A stretch of DNA of 64,000 bases from a virus: IMG/VR virus record IMGVR_UViG_3300042305_002284, positions 60,361 to 124,360 of that record; one strand, 5' to 3'. Both the position numbers and the translations under genes were made by a program. The notes beneath the pieces are model-generated. The model made no database searches and was not told where the DNA came from. It worked only from the letters and a program-made list of their open reading frames with translations. Positions 36,736 through 46,731 of the stretch are shown here, in pieces. Within the stretch, counting starts at the first letter, position 1, and each line of letters starts with the position of its first letter.

Positions 36736-39564
36736 ATGACCAATAGAGGTATTGCTGTAATTTCTGGTAGCAGTGCGGTTGTTGCCAAGATAATGGAAAA
36801 TAACACAGCAGTATTCGGACAAGATGTTCCAATTGATCTAAAAATAAGCGGAAACCTTGTTATCCAGTTATCCGGCGAAACACCACCAGGTTATCTTTAT
36901 ATTGATAGTCAAGGTTCTGCTTCAATAGCAAATGCTCTAATAGGAAATATTAGCGCAAGCAATGTATATCTTCAACCAAGTGGTAATTTATCATCAAGTA
37001 ATGTCCAAGATGGACTGTATGAATTACAATCAGATATAGATACTATTCTTTCATCATCAATATCTGCCGGTGGAATTGATACATCAGTACAGTTCAATAG
37101 TGGTTCTGCTTTATCTGGTTCTTCACAACTTGTATACAACTATACAAATAACATACTGAGCGGAACATTTGCCAGATTTACAACAGTAACTGCCTCACTT
37201 GCTGGTACTGCTTCATTTGCCACACTTGCTGGTAATGCCAATACTGTAACAAATGGTGTATACACAAATACAAACAATACTTTTACAGCAGCAAATACAT
37301 TTAGTAATTTTTATATAACTGGCTCTATAACTGGTAGTGATGCCAAGTTTACAAACATAACTGGTTCTCACGCTGGCTCTGGTGCTGGTCTAACAAATAT
37401 TCCAAATGAGGCACTTGTAAATAGTTCAGTTACAGTTGGTTCAACAAATATCACACTTGGTGGTAATGCCACAATTATACAAGGCATTACAGTTCTGACT
37501 GGTTCCACAGTAACTGGTTCTATTGCCCTATTCTCCCAAATAACTGGTGCTTTTAATGGAAATGGAATAAATGTAACAAACATAACTGCTTCTAATATTT
37601 CTAACTTTACAAGCGATGTAAGAACTCAGTTTTCCGCAGGAACAAATATAACAATCGTCGGCGGTGTTATTTCTTCAACTGCAAGCGGCAGCGGTGTTGA
37701 TACATCAATACAATTCAATAGCGGTTCTTCTCTGTCTGGTTCAGCAAATCTTATTTATGATTATAACACAAATACGCTTAGCGGAACAACGGCTCAGTTC
37801 TCAACAATAACTGCTTCTAATATAACGATTGGACAAGCAGAAGACGGAACATATACAGATGGATTATTTACAACATTTACTCCTCTAACACCTATCGGCT
37901 TGGTAGTTGATCGTTTCAATGAAGTTCTAAAAGGTCTTGCTCCAAGTCAAGCTCCATCATTATCAAACTTAGAAAGAAACACTGGCGGTGGCAATAGCGC
38001 AATACTGTCATTTGGTGCCACAAGTCCAACTGCTTCTTATTTCAATGTTACGGCAAGTTTAGCTGGCTTACCAAATGTTGATATAGGTGGAACTTATTCT
38101 GTTACAAACGGACCAGGCGGTAATCCAATAAGACTTGGTATTTTCACTGCTCTAACAGCACTAACAGCAACTCTCAATAATAATGTAGCCGCTAATGCCG
38201 GTTCATTTACAAACTATCCTGCAAGAGCATTCAATGTATCGCCAGATGGTGTTGGTTCATATATCATAGAAATGAACGATGTTATAATAACTCCAACAGG
38301 TTCTACACTAACGACTGCTTCTTATAGCGCTAATAACTTTGCGCTATCTCTTGCTAATACTGCTTCATTTATAAGTACAGGTTTGGGTTTTGATTTATTT
38401 AGACACAGAACAGGTTCAGTATCAATACCAACTTCTTCTTGGAGGCTTGGAGAAAACTATTTCAAAGTAACACAAGTTTCTTCTCTTGGAACAAATGTAA
38501 CAAACTATGTTGATTGGGTTTATGATCCACAAGCAGCATCAGGAAACTCGGTTTATGGTTTTACAACTACAAGCTCGTCATTTTCTGTTAGCGGCCTAAA
38601 AGAACTTTCAGGTATAAGATATTATCAAACTTGTAGTTTCAACTATACATCTTCTATTTCAAACTACTACAAGAATGTTTATTCAACTGCGGCTAACGGT
38701 GGTATTACATTTGGAAGCTTGACATCTGGCCTAACAGCTACTGCCTTTGCTTCTACTCCTGCCCCAGCAAATAGTGATAATGTATTACAAAGAAGCAGCC
38801 TACACACATTAGCTGGCGTAAGAGTGTTATCAGGTACTCTAACTTCTACTATGACTGTTGCTAATGGTTTTGGAAAAACAGGTACTTCTGTACTAACCAC
38901 TCCAAATATCCTATTTGATAATATCAATACGGCAAATACAAATACAGTAGAAAATTTTTGTTTTGAAGACTTCCGTGTTGCTTCGGCAAGTTATGATACT
39001 CAAATTTCACTAACTGGTGCTCCTGCCTATTCAAGTGGTTCAAGTCTTGCCACAACAGAACTTGCCGTATATAACGGTGGTATTATATATCCAACACAAA
39101 CTTTCAATGCTGGAAATATTGCCGGTTCTGGTATAGTTTATATGTTACCTAGCCAGCCAAACTATGCTGGTGTAACACAAGATAGATTTTATCTTCGTAG
39201 GTTCGTAAATGGAGTAAGTGCTCTTGCTACATTCAATCTTATATTGACTGGCTCAAACATCAACTTTACAGCATTTGGTGGGGCACTAACTGGTAACGCT
39301 GTAAAAATAACAGTAAAGGTTCCAGGTAAAACAGGATGGAGAGATGTAATGACTGCTGCTCCACCAAATACAACCGGTATTGCTCTAAATGACAATGTAG
39401 GTTGTCTCGCTGGTTCTCCCCCAGCCAATATAACAACTTCTGCCGGAAGGAGCATAAGTATCAACTTACTAACCGAAGCGGTAGGAGCCAATGAAAGCTA
39501 TATAGTAAGAGTGCTAACAAGTAATGCTTGGACCGGAACTATAACAAGGTTGCAGATAGGATAA
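36736..39564 (+). CDS. S/T/G-rich fibre or decoration protein (942 aa)
   Basis: Repeats DTSVQFNSGS..SGS..L.Y, GSGAGLTNI, QFSAGTNITIVGGVISST shared with the next gene. Confidence 0.65.
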   Translation: MTNRGIAVISGSSAVVAKIMENNTAVFGQDVPIDLKISGNLVIQLSGETPPGYLYIDSQGSASIANALIGNISASNVYLQPSGNLSSSNVQDGLYELQSDIDTILSSSISAGGIDTSVQFNSGSALSGSSQLVYNYTNNILSGTFARFTTVTASLAGTASFATLAGNANTVTNGVYTNTNNTFTAANTFSNFYITGSITGSDAKFTNITGSHAGSGAGLTNIPNEALVNSSVTVGSTNITLGGNATIIQGITVLTGSTVTGSIALFSQITGAFNGNGINVTNITASNISNFTSDVRTQFSAGTNITIVGGVISSTASGSGVDTSIQFNSGSSLSGSANLIYDYNTNTLSGTTAQFSTITASNITIGQAEDGTYTDGLFTTFTPLTPIGLVVDRFNEVLKGLAPSQAPSLSNLERNTGGGNSAILSFGATSPTASYFNVTASLAGLPNVDIGGTYSVTNGPGGNPIRLGIFTALTALTATLNNNVAANAGSFTNYPARAFNVSPDGVGSYIIEMNDVIITPTGSTLTTASYSANNFALSLANTASFISTGLGFDLFRHRTGSVSIPTSSWRLGENYFKVTQVSSLGTNVTNYVDWVYDPQAASGNSVYGFTTTSSSFSVSGLKELSGIRYYQTCSFNYTSSISNYYKNVYSTAANGGITFGSLTSGLTATAFASTPAPANSDNVLQRSSLHTLAGVRVLSGTLTSTMTVANGFGKTGTSVLTTPNILFDNINTANTNTVENFCFEDFRVASASYDTQISLTGAPAYSSGSSLATTELAVYNGGIIYPTQTFNAGNIAGSGIVYMLPSQPNYAGVTQDRFYLRRFVNGVSALATFNLILTGSNINFTAFGGALTGNAVKITVKVPGKTGWRDVMTAAPPNTTGIALNDNVGCLAGSPPANITTSAGRSISINLLTEAVGANESYIVRVLTSNAWTGTITRLQIG

Positions 39565-39584
39565 TAAATAGAGAACTATAAAAA

Positions 39585-42500
39585 ATGTCACTAACTACCA
39601 AAAACCAACTATTGATAGCGTTCAAAAAACTTGTAGGCAAGGCACACACAAACTCACAGTTTGGTAGTGCTAACGAATCCGTTGGTTCCAATGTACAGTT
39701 GGACAATAGTACAATATTCTCTCAGCCTATACCTAGTTCTCCAAACACTGCTCTGTATAGTACAACAAATGATATAGTAGAAAGAGTACAATTCAACCTT
39801 GTAAGTATTTCACTATCTCAATATACCGCAGTTGGTGCTGCTGGTGGTGGTATAACAGCAGATGGAGATGGTGCGCCAACCCAAGGTACATTTACAAACG
39901 GCATACATGCATATGCTCTTGCTTTGCCAGCAAACTATACAACTCTCAGTTCTAATCCAAAAAAAGGAACTGGTGTTTTTATAAACGGACAAAGTCTAAC
40001 AGGCTCTAATGGTTTATTACAAATAGTTCCAGAAAGATATGGTTCTTTATATCCTGCTTCTGTTTCTTCTTCAATTGGTATTGTTGCTGCACTTGACGAA
40101 GAAGACTATTTGCTTGATCCATATTCAGGTATACTTTTCGTACAAGATATAAACCGAGTTCCAACATCTGTAACTGCTTATATTTATATTGGCGACTATC
40201 TAAACCAAACTGTCTCTGGTACAACTGCGCAATTTACAACAATAAGTGGCTCAACAGTAACTGGTTCAACTGCTCTTTTTACAACTATAAGTGGTGCCCA
40301 TTTTGGATCGGGTGCTGGCCTAACAAATATAACTGCTTCTGGTATATCAAATTTTACAAATGATGTAAGAGCGCAGTTTAGTGCTGGAACGAATATAACA
40401 ATAGTTGGTGGCGTAATATCATCAACAGGCGGCGGTGGAGGTGGAACACCTGGCGGAACAGACACAACAGTTCAGTTCAATAGTGGCAGTACATTTAGCG
40501 GCTCAACAAACCTAGTTTATGACTACACAACAAATATTCTAAGCGGAACAATAGCAAGATTTACTGTTGTAACCGCATCATTTACAGGTTCAGGTGCTGG
40601 CCTAACTGGCATACCAAATAGTGGACTTGTAAACAGCAATATAACTGTTGGCACTACATCAATACCTCTTGGTAGTTCAGCCACAACAATACAAGGCGTA
40701 TCAGTTCTAACTGGCTCCACAGTAACTGGTTCAACAGCATTATTTACAACTGTAAGTGGTGCTTTATTTGGATCAGGTGCTGGCATAACCGGAATACCAA
40801 ATAGTGGTCTAACAAACAGTTCTATTACAGTTGGAACAACCGTTATTTCATTAGGCTCTTCTGCTACTACAATACAGGGCATTTCTGTACTAACCGGCTC
40901 ATTAATAACTGGTTCAACTGCTCTTTTTACTTCAATAACTGGTAATCTATTAGGCACTGCTAGTTTTGCTACAAATGCAGGCAATGCCAACACTGTAACA
41001 AACGGTGTTTATACTAATACTAATAATACATTTACGGGCATAAATACTTTCAACACAAACTACATTACAGGTTCAATAACTGGAAGTGATGCCAAGTTTA
41101 CAAGTATTTCCGGTTCTCATACAGGATCTGGTGCTGGTTTATTTGGAATACCAACAACAGCACTAACTTCAAACACTATTACTGTTGGTTCAACAAGTAT
41201 TGCTCTTGGCGGTACAGCAACAACAATACAAGGTATATCAGTTCTAACTGGTTCAACAGTAACTGGTTCAACTGCGTTATTTACTTCAATAACTGGAAAT
41301 TTATTTGGTACTGCTAGTTTTGCTACAAATGCAGGTAATGCTAATACGGTAACAAACGGTGTTTATACAAACACTAACAACACTTTTACCGGTATAAACA
41401 CTTTCAACACAAACTACATTACAGGTTCAATAACTGGAAGTGATGCCAAGTTTACAAGTATTTCCGGTTCTCATACTGGTTCTGGTGCTGGACTTTTCAA
41501 CATAACTGCTTCTGGTATTTCTAACTTTACTAGTGATGTGCGTTCTCAATTTAGTGCTGGAACAAATATAACAATAGTTGGTGGCGTTATATCCTCAACC
41601 GGTGGTGGAGGTGGAGGAACTCCCGGTGGAATAAATACCACGGTTCAATTCAACAGTGGCAGCACATTTAGCGGTTCAACAAACCTTGTGTATGATTACA
41701 TTACCAATACACTAAGTGGAACAACAGCACAATTTTCACAAATAACAGCAAGTTCTATAAGAACCGCTTTTATTACAAGTTCTAATATAGATACAGATTA
41801 TATTGATTTCAACGGAACAAATGGAGACGCCGCTTGGCAAACTGGCCGTTTATATTATAATACAGCAAGCAATCTTCTAAGTGTTTATACAGAAGTACCA
41901 GATCTAAAAATACATTTAGGAGAACAACTTGCAGTAAGAGTACAAAATGATCTACCAACAATTCTAGCAAAAGGCAAAGTTATACAAATAACTGGCAGTT
42001 CTAGCTCCGATGTTCCAAGAGTTATAACAGCAAGTTGGGATAATGATGTTACATCTGCTCGCACTCTTGCTGTTGTTATGGAAGATATAGCGGTTGGTGG
42101 TCGTGGATATGCTCTGTTATCTGGTCTTTTTGAAGGTCTAAATACAAATGCTTATCTGCCAGGACAAATGCTTTATTTGTCATCAAGTGGCGATATAACA
42201 AATGTCCATCCGCCAGCACCTTACCACGAAGTTCGTATAGGGCAAGTTGTAAGAAAACAAACAAACAATGGTTCTATATTCGTAAGAATACAAAATGGAT
42301 ACGAATTAGAAGAACTACACGATGTAGAACTAACTCTTCCACAAAACGGAGACTTACTAACATATCAAACTTCACCATACAATCAATGGGTAAATAGTAA
42401 AACATTAAGTGGTTCCTATAATATAACAAATGCTCTTACTGCTTCAACTATTGCCGCAACAACTATTACTGCTTCTTTCACAGGTTCTGGCGCAGGTTTA

Positions 42501-43166
42501 TTCAACTTAACTGCTTCTGGTATTTCTAATTTCACTAATGATGTAAGATCTCAATTTAGTGCTGGAACAAATATAACAATAGTTGGTGGAGTTATATCGT
42601 CGACAGGCGGCGGTGGCGGTGGAAGTCCTGGTGGTTCTGATACAGCAGTTCAATTCAACAGTGGTAGCACATTCAGTGGTTCTACAAATCTTGTTTACAA
42701 CTATAACACAAATATTCTAAGTGGAACAACAGCCCAATTTACTATTATAACATCTTCATTTACTGGTAGTGGTGCTGGTTTGTATGATATTACTTCTTCT
42801 GGTATTAATAACTTTACAAACGATGTACGAGCCCAGTTCTCTGCTGGTGCTAACATAACAATAAATGCGGGTGTTATATCTGCTACAACCGGAAGTGTTA
42901 TAGGATCAGTAATAACAGTTACAGGAAACTATATAGTACTGACAACAGATGATCGCATATTTACTGATGGGACACTAACACTAACACTACCAAGTGCTGT
43001 GGGAAGTTCAGGAAAGTCATATTATATAAAAAATATAGGCACAGGAAGCGTAACAGTAACAGGAACATTAGGACAAAAAATAGATGGTTATGACAATATG
43101 ATAATAACAGAACAAAACTCTGCCTTTGGCTTACTATCTAATAATATTGGTTGGTATATATTCTAA
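39585..43166 (+). CDS. Repeat-rich fibre protein (1193 aa)
   Basis: Multiple copies of TASGISNFT.DVR.QFSAG.NITI.GGVIS, poly-Gly hinges, TGSTVTGSTALFT; C-terminal LTLPSA...YYIKNIG...IDG domain typical of fibre ends. Confidence 0.7.
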   Translation: MSLTTKNQLLIAFKKLVGKAHTNSQFGSANESVGSNVQLDNSTIFSQPIPSSPNTALYSTTNDIVERVQFNLVSISLSQYTAVGAAGGGITADGDGAPTQGTFTNGIHAYALALPANYTTLSSNPKKGTGVFINGQSLTGSNGLLQIVPERYGSLYPASVSSSIGIVAALDEEDYLLDPYSGILFVQDINRVPTSVTAYIYIGDYLNQTVSGTTAQFTTISGSTVTGSTALFTTISGAHFGSGAGLTNITASGISNFTNDVRAQFSAGTNITIVGGVISSTGGGGGGTPGGTDTTVQFNSGSTFSGSTNLVYDYTTNILSGTIARFTVVTASFTGSGAGLTGIPNSGLVNSNITVGTTSIPLGSSATTIQGVSVLTGSTVTGSTALFTTVSGALFGSGAGITGIPNSGLTNSSITVGTTVISLGSSATTIQGISVLTGSLITGSTALFTSITGNLLGTASFATNAGNANTVTNGVYTNTNNTFTGINTFNTNYITGSITGSDAKFTSISGSHTGSGAGLFGIPTTALTSNTITVGSTSIALGGTATTIQGISVLTGSTVTGSTALFTSITGNLFGTASFATNAGNANTVTNGVYTNTNNTFTGINTFNTNYITGSITGSDAKFTSISGSHTGSGAGLFNITASGISNFTSDVRSQFSAGTNITIVGGVISSTGGGGGGTPGGINTTVQFNSGSTFSGSTNLVYDYITNTLSGTTAQFSQITASSIRTAFITSSNIDTDYIDFNGTNGDAAWQTGRLYYNTASNLLSVYTEVPDLKIHLGEQLAVRVQNDLPTILAKGKVIQITGSSSSDVPRVITASWDNDVTSARTLAVVMEDIAVGGRGYALLSGLFEGLNTNAYLPGQMLYLSSSGDITNVHPPAPYHEVRIGQVVRKQTNNGSIFVRIQNGYELEELHDVELTLPQNGDLLTYQTSPYNQWVNSKTLSGSYNITNALTASTIAATTITASFTGSGAGLFNLTASGISNFTNDVRSQFSAGTNITIVGGVISSTGGGGGGSPGGSDTAVQFNSGSTFSGSTNLVYNYNTNILSGTTAQFTIITSSFTGSGAGLYDITSSGINNFTNDVRAQFSAGANITINAGVISATTGSVIGSVITVTGNYIVLTTDDRIFTDGTLTLTLPSAVGSSGKSYYIKNIGTGSVTVTGTLGQKIDGYDNMIITEQNSAFGLLSNNIGWYIF
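41046..41476 (+). repeat. Intragenic direct repeat with 354-nt period; 77-bp identical core (41046-41122 and 41400-41476)
   Basis: actttcaacacaaactacattacagg...ccggttctcatac occurs twice, identically. Confidence 0.9.
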
Positions 43167-43175
43167 GGAGATATT

Positions 43176-43571
43176 ATGGCATTTTTTGAGACTACTAAAC
43201 TAAAAGATACTGACGGACAACAAATAAATCCGGCAACAGAAGATAGTCTTACGCTTCTAAGAAGAATATTGCTATTACTAAAACCACTTCAGCAAATAAC
43301 AGGTGGCGGTTCTAATCGTCTAAATGTTGACGTAAATAACATTACTGGTGGCACTATCGGTACCGTATCAACCGTATCAAGCGTATCAAACGTATCAACC
43401 GTATCAACCGTATCAACCGTATCAACCGTATCAACTGTCACCGGCGTTACAACTGTATCAACCCTAACAAACCAAGCACAAATAGCTGGTGTAAATGCTT
43501 TTGAACAATTGCGAGCAATAAACCGAGTTGGTTATGCCACCGGAATAAGAGCAAACATAACTTTCACCTGA
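43176..43571 (+). CDS. Small fibre-associated protein with (TVS)n repeat
   Basis: AAGGAG RBS; TVSTVSSVSNVSTVSTVSTVSTVS. Confidence 0.6.
   Translation: MAFFETTKLKDTDGQQINPATEDSLTLLRRILLLLKPLQQITGGGSNRLNVDVNNITGGTIGTVSTVSSVSNVSTVSTVSTVSTVSTVTGVTTVSTLTNQAQIAGVNAFEQLRAINRVGYATGIRANITFT
43362..43433 (+). repeat. 9-bp tandem repeat (accgtatca) x8, in frame
   Basis: Six exact and two single-mismatch units, followed by three degenerate units to 43460. Confidence 0.95.
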
Positions 43572-43589
43572 TATAGAGGATATATATAA

Positions 43590-46466
43590 ATGGCAGTCAC
43601 AAACAATAACAAAGCAGTAGTTGATTTACCTTATTTTGAGTTACTAAATCAAGCACCAGCCGCTACTACTGTTCTGGCAGGTATGACTTCTGCCGAAGAC
43701 AACTCAGATCCTTATATATATTATTTATCAACTTCCGCATTTTATCGCTATGATGCGGGTGCTGATACTTGGCAACAACTGGCAACCCCAAATACTGCTC
43801 CTGTCTCTGTTCTAAAAATGAGATACACCTCTCGTCGTGGCTATCACGGTCGCGTACTTTCTTCTACATCAACAACAGTTGAGATCCCATCTACAAGGTT
43901 TGGTATTTTGGATGGCAAAAAAATAAGTATAGAGTTTGGTAGAGGAGCAGGACAAGAAAGAACGCTTACTTATGTAAGTGAAAGAGTTCACGACAATGGA
44001 GTTATAACCGGAACAACAACTTCTACTTTGGTTGATAGCACTAAAAGGTGGGCTATAAATCAGTGGGCTGGGTATACAGTTGCTATTACATTTGGTACTG
44101 ACGCAACTCATTATAGAAAAATACTTTATAACGACGCAACAACACTTACAATAGCAGATGTTAACTTACTACCACACGATCCCTGGAATAACCAAATATT
44201 TGTGGCAGCTACACCATATGCTGTTCCTGTAACTACTGCTGGTTCTCAGGCTCACTATGAGATAAGAAGTGCTACTTTTAATATTGATACTGCCTGGGAT
44301 ACAAACCCAGATCATACTTCATATTTTACCGTAAGAAGTGGTGGTATTTATCTTGTTTCTTCTGCCGCTGCGACACCGTTTTTTACATTACAATATTACG
44401 ATCTTGCTAACGATGTATGGCAAACAAAAACTTGTCCTCAAGGTCTTTTAGGTGCTGCTCTTGCTACTGATGTAGCGGTAGAAAGAACAGGAAAAATAGG
44501 AACAGTATTGTTGAGTGGTTCTGGTTCTATTACTGCCACAACAAGAACTATTACTCATTCAACCTTGAATCTGACAAATGATAGATATGCTAACTATAGA
44601 ATATTTATAACAAGTGGTTCTGGTACTGGACAAAACAAAAGAATAGTTGCTCACAATACCTCTTCGTTAACAATACCCAATAGCTGGGACGTTTTACCGA
44701 ATAGTACAAGCAGATATGAGATCTGGCCAGATCCAGATCGTCTTTATATGAATACTCCTTCTGCTGGTGCAAGCATACTTGCTTATAGTCCACAAAACGA
44801 CTTTTGGATGCAAGGACAAAGTTTTGATGACGGTATAACATCAAATATCACTTGTCAAATGAGTGGCTGGTTGCCCGTTGGTGTAACAACAGGTGCTCGT
44901 ATTGCCGCTGGTATTACAGCAATAAATCCAGTACCAACTGCGGGTGGAACTGGATATTTTATAGGTGATGTTCTAACTTGTGCTGTTGGTGGAACAGGCG
45001 CACAAGTTAGAGTAACAAACATTTCTGCTGGTGGTATTGTTACGCAAATACAGTTAGCACATGCCGGTACTGGAACTGGTTATACAGTTGGAACCGGAAG
45101 AGCAACAACCGGTGGTTCTGGTACTGGATGTACAATAGAAATAACAAGTGTTGGCCCAACAGCACTTATAACTACTGCTACTGCCCATTGGTTTGACGAA
45201 GATGAATCTGTTACTTTTGCTGGCTGTTCGGAAGCAGCCTATAATACTTTACATGCTATTATAGGCGTGAACTCTACAACTTCATTTTCTGTTGCCGTAA
45301 CAGCAACTGCCAACATGGCAGCAAGTAACTCACAAACAACAACTCTAATAGTTGATCCTTCTAAAAACTGGATAACTAATGAGCACGTTGGGCGTCTTGT
45401 TCATCTAATGGTTGCCGGTCAAGCACCAACTTCGCAAATACGCTGGATTACTGCTAACACTGCTACAACTCTAACAGTAAATACAATAACTGCTGGCGTA
45501 AACGGTACAAGCAAATATGCCATATATGACTCAAAACCATTTGGCGTCGACGAAGTAAGTCGTGTAACCGGAAGAGGAAATACAGGCTGGGCAACAGGTG
45601 GAACCACAACATCACTTGTTGATTCAACTAAAACCTGGATACCAAATCAATGGTCAGGCTCTTTCTTCCGTGTAGAAGCAGGAACTGGATATGGAAGTGG
45701 AAGAATCCAAATAACTTCTAATACCTCAAGTTCTCTAAACTATGCTACACAAACATTTACACCAGATAGTTCAACTAAGTTTGAGATCGCAGATACTTGG
45801 GGTATTATTGGTACTGCTGGTTCTACAACAACTATATCTATGCCTACTGGTTCAGTATCAACGCTAAACTATTGGGCCGGTAAGCGCGTGCGTCTTCTTG
45901 CTGGTACTACCGGTACCGGTCAAGAAGCAGCAGTTACATCAAATACTGCTGGTTCTGGTTCTATTCCAGGTGTTCTAACCACGAGTACAATAACCGCTCC
46001 AAGTGCTGATGCTGTTGTTGCAGTTTTGTCTATTCCTGCTCGTGGTGCTGGAACTGAACTTATTTGGGCACATAGTAATACAAACTCTACTACAAAAGGT
46101 AGATATATTTATTTCCCAAGAGGTGGTGGTAGCAATATACTAGACATATACGATATAACAACTGGCAAGTTCTTCTTTGGTATAATGATATCTCCACAGA
46201 ACGAAGCATTTGGTGCCGGTTCTTCATATACTTATGATGGTGCTGATAGCATTTATTTATCTCGTTCTGCTGCTGCTAACCCTATACGTGTTCTAAAATA
46301 CAATATAAACAACAATACTATAGTTGGTGGTATGACAACTACCATACTACAAGGCACAGTACACGCTGGTAACTTTTTAGAAATAGTACAAACAACTGAC
46401 GGTCTAAAATATATATATACCTTACAAAATACAGGAACTATATTTACCCGTGCTATGATATTGTAA
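43590..46466 (+). CDS. 958-aa virion protein: Kelch-like propeller blades interrupted by repeated small beta domains
   Basis: Blades FYRYDAGADTWQQLA, YYDLANDVW, AYSPQNDFW, DIYDITTGKF; repeats TLVDSTKRWAINQWAG / IVDPSKNWITNEHVG / SLVDSTKTWIPNQWSG. Confidence 0.6.
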   Translation: MAVTNNNKAVVDLPYFELLNQAPAATTVLAGMTSAEDNSDPYIYYLSTSAFYRYDAGADTWQQLATPNTAPVSVLKMRYTSRRGYHGRVLSSTSTTVEIPSTRFGILDGKKISIEFGRGAGQERTLTYVSERVHDNGVITGTTTSTLVDSTKRWAINQWAGYTVAITFGTDATHYRKILYNDATTLTIADVNLLPHDPWNNQIFVAATPYAVPVTTAGSQAHYEIRSATFNIDTAWDTNPDHTSYFTVRSGGIYLVSSAAATPFFTLQYYDLANDVWQTKTCPQGLLGAALATDVAVERTGKIGTVLLSGSGSITATTRTITHSTLNLTNDRYANYRIFITSGSGTGQNKRIVAHNTSSLTIPNSWDVLPNSTSRYEIWPDPDRLYMNTPSAGASILAYSPQNDFWMQGQSFDDGITSNITCQMSGWLPVGVTTGARIAAGITAINPVPTAGGTGYFIGDVLTCAVGGTGAQVRVTNISAGGIVTQIQLAHAGTGTGYTVGTGRATTGGSGTGCTIEITSVGPTALITTATAHWFDEDESVTFAGCSEAAYNTLHAIIGVNSTTSFSVAVTATANMAASNSQTTTLIVDPSKNWITNEHVGRLVHLMVAGQAPTSQIRWITANTATTLTVNTITAGVNGTSKYAIYDSKPFGVDEVSRVTGRGNTGWATGGTTTSLVDSTKTWIPNQWSGSFFRVEAGTGYGSGRIQITSNTSSSLNYATQTFTPDSSTKFEIADTWGIIGTAGSTTTISMPTGSVSTLNYWAGKRVRLLAGTTGTGQEAAVTSNTAGSGSIPGVLTTSTITAPSADAVVAVLSIPARGAGTELIWAHSNTNSTTKGRYIYFPRGGGSNILDIYDITTGKFFFGIMISPQNEAFGAGSSYTYDGADSIYLSRSAAANPIRVLKYNINNNTIVGGMTTTILQGTVHAGNFLEIVQTTDGLKYIYTLQNTGTIFTRAMIL

Positions 46467-46492
46467 ACTATTTTATAGGTGGGAAAAGAGGT

Positions 46493-46669
46493 ATGACTAT
46501 ACAAGAGTTGATAAGTTTGAGCAAAGCAAGAATAAACTATCTAAATGTTTTGAGAACTTCAGCAGTAGCATCTGGTGATGTTACACAGATAACAAACATA
46601 GACAATGAACTAGCTGAAACACAAAAAACTCTAAACTATCTTCTACAAGTGCAAACAAATCCAGTATAA
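46493..46669 (+). CDS. 58-aa helical-hairpin protein (MTIQELISLSKARINYLNVLRTSAVASGDVTQITNIDNELAETQKTLNYLLQVQTNPV); not in ORF track
   Basis: GAGGT RBS; ACTATTTTAT motif at 46467; fills the gap after the fibre gene (possible chaperone). Confidence 0.65.
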   Translation: MTIQELISLSKARINYLNVLRTSAVASGDVTQITNIDNELAETQKTLNYLLQVQTNPV

Positions 46670-46691
46670 ATGGTTTTTTGCATATAGACAT

Positions 46692-46700
46692 ACTATTTAT
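46692..46700 (+). promoter_or_regulatory. Putative late promoter ACTATTTAT for the scaffold-capsid operon
   Basis: Exact motif upstream of AGGAG and ATG 46732. Confidence 0.6.
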
Positions 46701-46731
46701 TTGAGAAAAGCATACTTTTAGGAGTATTATA

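Noticed and set aside
1567-43460. Periodic repeats as CRISPR arrays
   Set aside because: All are in-frame coding repeats with periods of 180, 354 or 9 nt; no repeat-spacer structure and no cas genes
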